From Octopus bimaculoides (lineage: Eukaryota), in assembly GCF_001194135.2 (NCBI RefSeq), contig NC_068982.1, positions 191,210,933 to 191,274,932 of the forward strand: a stretch of DNA of 64,000 nucleotides, in the 5' to 3' direction. Position numbers and translations under genes: made by a program. The notes under the pieces were generated by a model. The model saw nothing but the letters and a program-made list of their open reading frames with translations. It did not search any database and had not been told where the DNA came from. This document shows positions 39,767 through 51,530 of the stretch, piece by piece (positions within the stretch are counted from its first letter, which is position 1; each line of letters begins with the position of its first letter).

Positions 39767-42700
39767 AAAGTACATATATATACTTGTGTAGCAAAAGTTA
39801 CAAATGGTTTTTATAGGGGGGTGGAAGTCAAATTCTAGAATGTTCGAGAAAACCTGTCCATGCCATTGCTTCACATTGATTGGTCAGTTTGTAAACCAAT
39901 CACATAAAACTATGGTGGTTTGCTTGTGGTGTCTGACAGTGTATTCAGGGATTCAGTTTCAAATCACCAGTACAGTTTTACTAATAACTTGCTAAATACC
40001 TTCATCAACCTTTGATCATTATTCTCTCAAGTCCTGGAACTTAATAGGGCTGGGCTATCTGGTTTCCATGTTGTATAAGTGACCATGGTCACAACATTCC
40101 CTTCACAAGGGTCCTTATTTACAGCTGAATGGACTGAAGCAGTGTGTATTGGAGTATTTCACTTCAGAACAAACTGCACTGCTTGATCCTGGAATTGAGA
40201 GAAGACCATTATTCTGGGTCTTGTTGAGTTTAGTTTGTTGTATCAATTTATATTCATCCAGTTGTTGCTTAACTGTAGGTCAGTCCTGATCAAATAAACC
40301 TATAATGAAAGACATTCCAGCCATGAGCATCCTGTCTTTTTAGCATTATGTAAGGATGAATGTATTCTTTCCTTGTTTAAGACAATAAGGTGTGATTTTT
40401 AAGGAGAATTTGCTGCTATTTCTAGCAGTTCCAGAGACTATATAGAGACTCTCTTTGCTTGTATTACTTTTGTTCATGATGGAGACAAATCTACCACTGA
40501 TGAATCTATTTTAAGTATCTAAGATGGATATGGATTGACTTGAGGCTGGATGGCCATCTGTGAAGCATTGAAATCAAAGCTGTTTGTATATTAACCAAAA
40601 GGCCTTTGTTATGATAAAAATCGTTTCCCTTTTTGCTTTTTCCAGATTTAACATTATCTAAAACTCTATTTTTTCTTTTAAGGTAAACTGGAACTTTTAT
40701 TTCTTCAAGATTTCAGCTTCATCATCATCACTGCCATCGTCATCTTCCTCATCAATTTCACTAACATCACCACCTCCACCATCACCACCACCATCACCAC
40801 CACCTACAATGTTTCTACTTGTTGTTGTTGTTGTTGTTGTTATATACAGTTCTGATTTCAGATTGTGGGACAAGGCCAGAAATTTTGGAGAAGAGGCTAA
40901 TCAATTACATTGACCCCAGTGTATAACTGGTACTTATTTTATTGACCCTGAAAGGATGAAAGGCAAAGTCCACCTCAGCAAAATTTGAATGCAGTGTGGA
41001 AAGACAAACAGACAGACGAAATTCCGCTAGGCATTTTGCCTGTTGTGCTAACAATTCTTCCAGCTGGATTCTATTACAAATATTAACCAAACTAAGAATT
41101 GTTGTTGTTCCACCAATGCCCTCCCCCCACACACCCACCTTTTCACAGTCCTGTCTGTTGCAGATATTCTGATGATAACTTCCTTCTTCCTCACTTCCCC
41201 ACCCCCACCACATAGTCTTGAGTTGGGGTCTGGGTTGGGGCTCTGTGAAGAGCCACAGACACTGCCCTTTCACCATCCTCATTTAACATCCACTTTTCAA
41301 TGCTTGCTTGGGTCTGGTGGAAATCACTGAAGCAAACTTTTTTTCAGCTGGATGAGTGCCCTTCCTGTCACCAACCCTTCTCTCTTCCAAGCTTGACATG
41401 TTTTCCATGGAAGACTGAAAATGGTACTTATTTATAACTATCCCAGGCTGTTTAGGCAAGGATATTTGTTTCAGTCATTAGACTATGGCCATGCTGGGGC
41501 ACCACCTTGAAGTTTTAGTCAAATGAATCAACTCCAGGACTTATTTTAAGTCTAGTACTTATTCTATCAGTCTCTTTTGTTGAATCGCTAAGTTATGGGG
41601 ATGTAAACACACCAACACCGGTCGTCAAGCAGTGGGGTTGGGGTGGACAAACACAGACACAAGAACACACATGCACATACATATATATGATGGGCTTCTT
41701 TCAGTTTCTGTCCACAAAATCCACTTAAGCCTTTGATTGGCCTGAGGCTATAGTAAAAGACACTTGCCCAAAGTGCTGTGCAGTGGGACTGAACCTGGAA
41801 GCATGTGGTTGGGAAGCAAGCTTCTTACCACACAGCCACATGGTTTGAGGGGAAACTAAATAAAAACAGGTTTCCAAGAATTTCAAATGACTTTTTCAAA
41901 TAAACAGATTAGCAGTCATTTTGTGTAGAATGGTAGAAGCAGCTAGCAGTTAATTGCAATTAATTGCTAATTACAATTAACTGTAATGCATGTAGCCTCG
42001 TTTGTCATCAATTCATTAATCAGGGATTAGAATTACTGTGGTACACTCATGGCATGGATGAGGAGAGCTGTGTGAAGAAGTGTCACACCCTAACAGTGGA
42101 AGGAATCCATGGAAGAGGGAGACCCAGGAAGACACGGGATGAGGTGGTGAAGCATGATCTTTGAACGTTGAGCCTCATGGAGGTAATGGCAAGTGACCGA
42201 GACCTTTGGAGATATGCTGTGATTGAGAAGACCCACCAAGTAAAGTAAGATCACAGCCGTAGCCTATACCAGTGTTGCATAACCAACCCATTTAAAAGTA
42301 CCCTTGGATCATCGGGTGATATGCCGTGCTTGAGAAGACCTATCAAGTCAAATAACATCAAAAATCAAAAGCAAATCAAAACGGAAATTGTAGTTGTGGC
42401 CGATGCCAGTGCTACCTGACTGGCACCTGTGCTGGTGGCACATAAAAAGCACCATCCGTGCTTGGTCAATGCCAATGCTGGCTGACTGGCTCCCATGCTG
42501 GTGGCACGTAAAAAGCACCCACTAACACTCTCAGAGTGGCTGGTGTTAGGAAGGGCATCCAGCTGTAGAAACATTGCCAGATCAGATTAGAGCCTGGTGC
42601 AGCCTTTTGGCTCACCAGTCCTCAGTTAAACCATCCAACCCATGCCAGCATGGAAAAAACAGACGTTAAACAACAACAATGATGATGATGATTGCATTTA

Positions 42701-42839
42701 CAAAGGGCATGGAAACTAATTCATTTATCCTTGTTGTCCTTTTGGAACCAAACTTCCAAGATAAAAAAGGATAGATGTATAATTAGAGTTTGTTGAATGT
42801 CAATATGTTCATCAATTAGACACATTAATATTCTGTAAG

Positions 42840-42916
<77 letters not shown>

Positions 42917-43444
42917 CCTTTTTTTTCATCTTGCAAAGGTATGTGGTGATGGTGTCACATAAAAAGCACCCAGTCCACTCTGTAAAGTGGTTGGCATTAT
43001 GAAGGGCTTCCACCTGTGGAAACCAAAACAGACAGTGGAGCCTGATACAGCCCTCCAGCTTTGCCAGCCTCTTTCAAACCATCCAACCCATGCCAGCATG
43101 GAAAACAGATATTAAATGAGGATTATGATGATGTCAGTGCCACCCCTTACTAATTTCCACAGATTCCAGATTTTATCCTGTAATATATGATCTGCATATT
43201 CAAATCCAATTTAATTACAGTTAATTACTCTTACATTGTAAAACTTAATGGAATATTTTCTTGTATTCAGATGAAGACCAAAATATATTTATTTCATTTA
43301 ATTTTTCAGTATTATTTTAGTTTTTAATAACATCGGTTTTTTTTTCTTTCCCAATGAAGTCTTTCCAAATTCTTCAACCCCCATTGTTCTTCTGTTCTAA
43401 ATACCCTAATTAAGCTTGCTTTTCTTCTAATTCCTGTCTTTCAG

Positions 43445-43474
43445 CTTGGATTCCTCCTCCACCTCCTCCTCATG
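43445..43474 (+). CDS. LITAF: LITAF-family coding micro-exon B (30 nt, A-WIPPPPPPH)
   Basis: ttctaattcctgtctttcag| acceptor with CTAAT branch-like motif, ATG|GTAAGT donor. 30 nt, phase 1-1, polyproline. Confidence 0.83.
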
Positions 43475-45012
43475 GTAAGTCCTTATTCCTCGTCCTCCTC
43501 CTCCTCATCCATTCATGTGGCACACTAACCTAACCCTAATCATGTAGTACATTGCACTGTGTTGAATATTTAAGTCTAAGACCTAGTCTTCATCAAAAGT
43601 CATTATTCAGTGACTTCAATTAATCTTGTGTTTTGTCATCAACCAATTCTAATTTTTCTTTTTTTTCTTTTTTTTTTTTTTTTTNNNNNNNNNNTTTTTT
43701 TTTTTTTTGTTATTTTAAATATCTTACATTCATTGGTACCAACTAAAACCATTGGTTGTACAAAATGGTTGACTTTCAGCTGAAAGCAGTAATAGACATT
43801 GTTTTCAGGAATATTAAAAAAAGCAAATTCAAAGACTCTTTTTCACATGGACAGAAATGGGTGCATAAGTTTTTAAGCATTTACTGCATTCCATTCAATA
43901 TTCACTGCTGGCTAGTAACAGTTTACTGTAAGATGTTTGATATTCATTGATAACTGTCAAACATTCACTGCTGAATGTTAGATATTCACCATTGGCTAAT
44001 AAATGTTCTCTGCAGTCTATTTGATATTCACTGTCGTTTTGTAAATATTTACTACTGAATATTTAACTAAATATTGTAAATGCTAACAAAATGGTCTGAC
44101 CTTATGTGGACCCTAATACAGGACTTTTCAAACGGTGCTCTGAAAATAAAATAATTATATTTAAAAAATACACAAATAAATTTTACGTGTTGTTTTGTCT
44201 GACCTTGATCATTGCCAGAGCAGCTGTCTGGCTTCTGTGCCGGTGACACGTAAATAGCACCATTTGAGCGTGATTGTTACCAGCGTCGCCTTCCTGGCAC
44301 TTGTGCCGGTGACACATGAAAAAACATTTGAGCGAGGTCGTTGCCAGTGCCGCTGGACTGGCTCCTGTGCAGGTGGCACGTAAAAAACACCATTTTGAGC
44401 GTGGCTGTTGCCAGTACCGCATGACTGGCCCTTGTGCCGGTGGCACATAAAAAAGCACCCAGTACACTCTGTAAAGTGGTTGGCATTAGGAAGGGCATCC
44501 AGCTGTAGAAACTCTGCCAGATCAGATTGGAGCCTGGTGCAGCCATCTGGTTCACCACTCCTCAGTCAAAACGTCCAACCCATGCTAGCATGGAAAGCGG
44601 ACGTTAAATGATGATGATGATGTTTTCATAATTATACTTTGGGTAAAAAAATTATTTTAAAATTTATTAATTAAACTAGATAAATCACCCCCTGCCCTCC
44701 TTTTTTTTTAGTATATTACCAAAACCCTGTATAAATGTTTGACTTTTTTTTCACAAAGTGCTCTAAAATACTTTTTCTGTTTGCTCTAACGTTTGAGATT
44801 AACTGCACTAACATGACACAGTGTTCTTACAACATGTAGTTATAACATGTAGTAACAACATGATGCAATTACATGATGTAAAATGAAGAAGAAAGTCCAT
44901 ATTCTTTCAATCTATTTGGAAGCTACATGTTAAGAGATTTTCTCTTTTCAAAGAGCTGTGTATGGTGTGCATGCATTTGTGTGTGTGCTTGTATGCATCC
45001 CCCTGTGTGTGT

Positions 45013-45048
<36 letters not shown>

Positions 45049-46513
45049 ATTTTGCATTTGCCTCAATGTGGAACAAGATGGTTTCTTTATCCAAATTTAG
45101 TCTTTTTTTTCAGATTGTTTTCTTCATAATATTTTTGCTTCTCTTTTATATGGAAACGGTTTCAGTGGAGAAGAGATGACCAACACAAATAACTTGAACT
45201 GACATCTGGTCAGTGAGTCTGCTAGAAACAGTAGCCAAATCTTCTTCTCAATATTCTAAAAACTTTAAAACAAATTTAGGAAAGAAAATACTTATTGCAA
45301 GATTTGGAAAAAGTAAAAAATGGAATGGTCATGGAAGGGAGATCTGGGATCATAGATCTTATCAATTACAACAGATCAGTAAAATAACTTATTTCCCTTT
45401 CTTCAAACTTTTCTGTTACTCTCACCAATTGACTTTGAAAACCAGGGCCACCCCAATCAACATTGTCTGTATTGGGCTAACCTAAGCTAGGTATAGAGAC
45501 AGGTGGGCTTAAATACAGGTGTGTGATGTATTAAGTCAAAGTGTGCTGTGTCCTGTTAAAAGCACCAATCCTTATCTTGGCACCGAAATAAAGCAATCAA
45601 TTTTTAGGTGGTGGCTGCTTGAGAAACTGTAAGTATCTTTTTTTCTAATTCTCAGTCATAGTCAGACGTTGAGGAGAGAGGACAGGTCACTGAGAAGGTC
45701 AGGAATAGCAACAAATAAGACTTGAACTAACGACCAATTGATTGTTTAAGCAGCACATTGGCCCTTTAGCATTTAGATTTCTTTGCCAAATGTAAGACTT
45801 ATTTCTTCATGTTGTTTTGAATTGATCACACATTAACTTGTAACTTCAAGATTTCAATGGTGTGTTTTTAGAATGACATTGTAGGGTAGATGTGAGAGGT
45901 TGAAGCTGGACAGTTTTTACATAAAACTGGTAGAATATTTGGGCTGGATATGACCAGATTAAATGCTAAAGGTTGAAACAAATGATTGAGTTAATTAGTT
46001 TGATATTTAATACAGCATTGCCCTCCATCAGAATCTGAGTACCTCAGCCAGTGTCCAACAAACTCCTCTCATCTTTCTGCCACCTCTTTAGTCAACTATG
46101 ACCCAACATGACACACAATCTCATTTCTCTATCTTCTGAAAATTTGAGACCTTGTATGAAGGGGAGACAGAGATATTTCTACTGCTACCGTTAATCATAA
46201 TTCTGGAACCATTTGATCATAACTCTTTTGTTACCATATTTCTGTTGAAATGCACTGCTTTTGTTTCAATTAATTCTGAAAATAATGAAGAACTTACTAA
46301 AATAAATTTGCCATTATTAAATGAACATTTAGAATTTTAGCATTAAATTTTCATGCAAGGTTTTAATTTATTTAAAACAGAAAACCTGATCTTGGGCATC
46401 TTGGTATCAAACGAGTTAATCTGTTGACATCCTTGCATGAATTTGCATATTAATCATTTTGCTTTTAGTCTCAATGAAATTAATGAAATTTTAACAAATT
46501 TGTTACCCAACAG

Positions 46514-46531
46514 CCTGGGCACCCCCTCCAG
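46514..46531 (+). CDS. LITAF: LITAF-family coding micro-exon C (18 nt, A-WAPPP)
   Basis: ttgttacccaacag| acceptor, CCAG|GTAAGT donor. 18 nt, phase 1-1, resembles micro-exon B (AWxPPP). Confidence 0.78.
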
Positions 46532-47544
46532 GTAAGTCCTTCTGTGCATGGACTTCATTGCAGATTTTTTTTTTTATCACCCCGTGATTGTGATTGTTTC
46601 CTTTGTATACCAATAGTATTGATGTATTGATCACATTGCATGTTCCTCTGGTGAACATTCAATAATACTCCATCTGTTGTTTGTCACTTCTCCTTATTTT
46701 AATCATCTCATGTTGTGAAGCCGTCAATGATACAACAAAAGAATATTTTACTCACTTTTCTTCCTGCATCTTCATTGATTCATGCCTTACACAAACACAC
46801 ACACACACACAAATGCTGAACAGTGAGAAGGAGTGCTCAATACAGCATTGGTGGATAGATATTATTTATTTATGGGTTATCAAGGCTACCAATAGTTTCA
46901 TGTAAACAAATCTTCACAATTGTTCAAGCATGCTACGTGGGAACATTGGTACTCCTCCCCACTTTGGATTCCCATCCAAAATAAAGATGAGTACCAACAC
47001 TTCCATGTGGTATGCTTGAACCATTATGAGGATTTCTTTACATGAAAGCCTCAGTAGCCTTATCAACCCCCAAACGAAGAATAGTATCCCATCAATGTGG
47101 TGTTGAGCACTCCTTCCCACTGTTCAGTATTTGTGTGTGTTCTAGTTCCACTTCTTTAGTTGATTGTAGGTTTAGGCTGTTTATGCACTTGAAGAGTGAA
47201 TTGCAAAAATGAAATGCAGCATCCCAAAATATTTGGTTTACTCTGGCAATTCTATTCTACATAAAAAGGAGAACGAATTGTAAAATCTGTGTAGACATGT
47301 ATTTAGTTCACTCCTGGTTGTCGTTGTTTTCTGTTGATTTCTTTCATCAACCCACCTCCACCTCCTGCATCATTGTGTTTCCTTTGTTTCTCCCCCTCCT
47401 CACTTCTCCAGTATGTTACCTGCTGTAGTATCTGTTGTAGTACAGTGGTAGTAGTTTATATAAAGAAACAGTTTGTGACACAAAGCTAGAAATCACCCAT
47501 CAGTGTTTTTCTTTTACGCATTTTGAACATCTATTATTGTTGTT

Positions 47545-47551
47545 GTTATTA

Positions 47552-47591
<40 letters not shown>

Positions 47592-47755
47592 GAAAGACTC
47601 GAATAGTTCTCACTTACCAGTTATTCTTTACTCGAAAGCAGGCAACAACAAATCCTCAAAGGTTTCAAGTAGTGCCTTCTTCTCCTCTGACTCAAAGAGA
47701 CAATATTCTCCTTAGAATGTGAGCTGTACCCAACAATACTGTCTTCTGGATCACC

Positions 47756-47802
<47 letters not shown>

Positions 47803-47850
47803 TACTATTATTATTATTATTATTATTATTACTATTACTATTATTATTAA
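47545..47850. repeat. (ATT)n microsatellites (others: (CT)n 34315-34375, 39650-39765, 42843-42912; (CA)n 38485-38560)
   Basis: Direct reading. Confidence 0.9.
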
Positions 47851-48633
47851 TAACAAATTGCAGGTTTCAAGTGTTGAAAGTATCTTTATTATACAAATGT
47901 TTTATTTCCTGTTGTTGTACATCAAACATTATATTTATCTCTCTTGATATATCTAATGACATGGTTGTCTCTCACTTTTTAATGTTATTTCAAAAAATAA
48001 ATTACTTTCTTTCCCATAATGGTTCTGAAAATAACTCTTTCATCAGGAATCTCCAATTCATTTTCAGAAACAACACAAAATAACAAAGATATTTGAGGTT
48101 TTGTGGGATTTTTTTCTCTCCAAAATCTTCAAAGAAGAAAACCATCTTTTTTGGTTCCGTAGTCTTTTAGACTTAACAGTTTCTAACTGCATTTCAATCT
48201 TAGAAAAAAACAACTGTTGTCTTGAAGAGTTGAAAGCTCATTTAAACATATTAACGAGTTAAAATATTGATTAGTTAGTTGGTCAAGATTTAGATTAATC
48301 AATAACTGTACAGCATGACCAGTATTATGTTGTAGTTTCACTAAAAATGGCAAACTGGCAGAACTATGAACACACTCAGCAAAATGTTTGATGGTATGTC
48401 TTCTGGTTCTTTACGTTGTGAGTTCAGTTCTGGTGAGGATCACTTTGCTTTTCATCCTTTCAGGGTCAATAAGTACCAGTTGATTGCTGGGGATGGAGGG
48501 GGGGGGGCTCAGTGTAATCGACTTATCCCCCACTCTGCCCCTAAATTGCTGGCCTTGTGCCAAAGGGTGAAACCATTATTATAGTTTCATTCAGTAAATA
48601 ATGTTTATTGGAAATAATCTGGGATTTCTTTAA

Positions 48634-48852
48634 CCCTTTAGCATTCAGATTACTTTGTCGAGTGTAATCCTTATTAATTCCCGTTGTTTTGAATTAATTG
48701 TGCATTATTTGGTACCTTTGAGATTTCAGTGATATAATCGATGATTTATAGAATGACATTGTGGGGTAGGTGTGAGAGGACAGATCTGGCCAGTTTGAAC
48801 AAAAAAAAGAAAAACATTTAGGACAGATATGACCAGTTTGAATGCTTTAGGG
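48634..48852. mobile_element. piggyBac-like MITE family 1 (other copies 38576-38785(-), about 45762-45973, about 52455-52588(-), fragment about 53540-53605)
   Basis: TTAA on both sides; termini CCCTTTAGCATTCA ... TGAATGCTTTAGGG (12/14 TIR). The 38576 copy is also TTAA-flanked. Confidence 0.85.
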
Positions 48853-51101
48853 TTAAAAAAAAAAATAGATAAAACAAATAAAAGCAAGGCTGTGTTGTTA
48901 AGAAGCTTACTTTGGAACCACATGACTTCAGGTTCAACCCCACTACACAGCACTTTGGTAAGTGTCTTCTACTGTAACCCTGGGCCAACCAATTCTTTCT
49001 GAGTGGATATAGTTGATGGAAACTACTTGTGTGTGTGTGTGTGTGTGCCTTTGTATTTGTCTTCCACCACCACTTGACAACTGCTGTTGGTTTGTTTATG
49101 TCCTTATAACTTAGCAGTTCAGCAAAATCCTGAAAGAGCATTTTCTAAACTTCCATATTAGAGAAGATTTTAATGCATGAATTGGTGGCTACTGTCAGCT
49201 TCCAAAAGTACCATCTTTGAAATCACAAGCAAAAACACTCTACTGTGCCAGTCTAATATTTAGGGATCCTCAGCCTTTCAACTGCTTTTCTAAAGAAATC
49301 AGAAATATATAAATGTGCTGTGCGTGAGAAGACCCGGCAAGCCAAGTAAGATCGTTGCCAGTGCCCCTGGACTGGCTCTTGTGCGGGTGGCACATGAGAT
49401 GCACCATTTTGAGCGTGGCCGTTGCCAGTACCGCCTGACTGGCTCCTGTAGGATTTTCGAGTGAGATCGTTGCCAGTGCCCCTGGACTGGCTTGTGCGGG
49501 TGGCACATAAAAGACACCATTTCGAGCGTGGCCGTTTTCGTGCGGGTGACACGTAAAAGCACCCACTACACTCTCTGAGTGGTTGGCATTAGGAAGGGCA
49601 TCCAGCTGTAGAAACTCTGCCAAATTAGATTGGAGCCTGGTGTTGCCATCCGGTTTCACCAGTCCTCAGTCAAATCGTCCAACCCATGCTAGCATGGAAA
49701 GCGGACGTTAAACGACGATGATGATGATGATGATGATAAAAAAACTCTACTGAAACATTAAAAAAACAACATTGGATAAACTCCTAATGATGATACCAGA
49801 CCAGCCAAGCATACAAGGATACACTCGGGGAAGATCAGCTTCTACAGACTCAATCATAGACCAACTTCGTGCCATAAAGTGGCAACAAAACTGTTAGAAA
49901 ATAAAGGCAGTGCTCCAGCATGGTCGTAGTCTTACAGCTGATGTGGTTGGGAAGCAAACTTCTTACCACACAGCTGCCTAGATGCTGTATAACTCCTTGG
50001 GAAAGGTTAAAAGAGCGGAAAGGAAGCAGCTAGAAGTGCCCAGGACACGGAATGGAACCCGTATCAACAACAATAAACAGCTCCTACAACCCTTCATCAT
50101 TGTTTCTGTGGAGTTAAATTACCAAACTACTTAATCTTCTTCATCATCATCATCATTTACATGTACTTCTATTATTCCTGATGTAAAGAATGGTTATATT
50201 GTTCCTGTTGTCGTTAAGGTCATTCCTTTCTCCTTGTCTTGACATCAGAGGATGCCTGTAAACAAGCACCACCGTCCTAAAAGTGTAAACCATCTCTGAC
50301 CACAGGAAGGAAATGTTACCTTTGTTTGGATGCAGGTGAGGATTGGGGATAGAAACGGTGTCTGGCCATAGAGAATCTGCCTCAACAAATTCCATCTGAC
50401 CCATGCCAGCATGGAAAAGTGGACGTTAAATGATGATGGTGCACTCATACCAGTGCCACGTGGGTAGCACTCATGCTGGTTCCATGTGAAAAGTACCCAG
50501 CACACCCTGTAAAATGGTTTAGGGTGGGCGTCCAGCTATAGAAACCATACCAAAACAGATGACTGGAGCCTGGTATGGGCCCTTCCCCACCACTCCCAAC
50601 CTTTCCACCTCCTGTCAAACCATCCAACCCATGCCAGCATGGAAAACGGGTTAAATGATGAACCTGAACCAACCCACTCCATATGTAAATGTATAGACAT
50701 TGGTAAATAAATATAGGAGAGAAGGGGTTGAAGATGGGGAAATAAATAAATGGAAAGAGAAACAAATCAACACTCGTACATGAGAAGCCAAAGGGACCCA
50801 CAACCACATGATGTGAGAAAACTGATCAAGTAATGACTGGGCCAAGCGACATCAATATAACTAGTTGAAGATTTGTACACGTAGACTCTACCGACTTAAA
50901 AATCATGCAACATAGGCTTTTTATTGCAAAAATTCACTTCTCTTGTTTTATTCTCTTGTTTTATATTGTGACTGTGATGTTTTGTGTTTCTGAGTGCAAA
51001 GGGTTGGTGAAGTGACATGCAGACATGTAAGTAGGCCAAGAGAGGTACAGATATGACATGTATATAGCACAGGAATGCAAGTATGATGTATGTATACCAA
51101 A

Positions 51102-51203
51102 AGTACAGATATTACATATATAGGAGTACAGATATTACATGTATAGGAGTACAGATATTACATATATAGGAGTACAGATATTACATATATAGGAGTACAG
51201 ATA
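51102..51203. repeat. 23-bp minisatellite, about 4.4 copies
   Basis: Unit AGTACAGATATTACATATATAGG starting at 51102, 51125, 51148, 51171, partial at 51194; one substitution. Confidence 0.95.
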
Positions 51204-51503
51204 CAATAAACAGGGAACATGCCATACACATACAGGCATTTGGATACAAGACCAACAAAGCTGAATGTAAATTTCAATTTAAATTTCTTTTCCTCGTTAA
51301 AGAAACTAATCAAAATCATTCTGATATGAAACCACATTGCCATTTATGAAATTTCTCATTGTAAAAAATTTTAATTAATTTTTCTCGTTATCTTTTTCAA
51401 ATTTCTAAATTGTAGATGATGATTTTTTAATATTCCAGATATTTTTCTCATAACTGTTGTTGTTGTCATTAATATTGTTATCAAAACTATTTTATATTTG
51501 TAG

Positions 51504-51530
51504 GTTATGGGCCGATGCCAACAGCTCCAG
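51504..51530 (+). CDS. LITAF: LITAF-family coding micro-exon D (27 nt, G-YGPMPTAP)
   Basis: tttatatttgtag| acceptor, CCAG|GTAAGT donor. 27 nt, phase 1-1, carries a PTAP motif, resembles micro-exon A (YGP). Confidence 0.83.

Noticed and set aside
40646-40682. Possible exon tttttccag|...taag|gtaaac
   Set aside because: 37 nt, frame-shifting, low-complexity AT sequence with a weak donor.
51102-51203. 23-bp repeat array considered as CRISPR-like
   Set aside because: The units are directly adjacent with no spacers, in a eukaryotic intron; it is a plain minisatellite.
43410-51503. Srrm4/eMIC-type UGC enhancer upstream of the micro-exons
   Set aside because: Only exon B has a nearby TGC (about -27); no consistent pattern, so neural-microexon regulation cannot be claimed.
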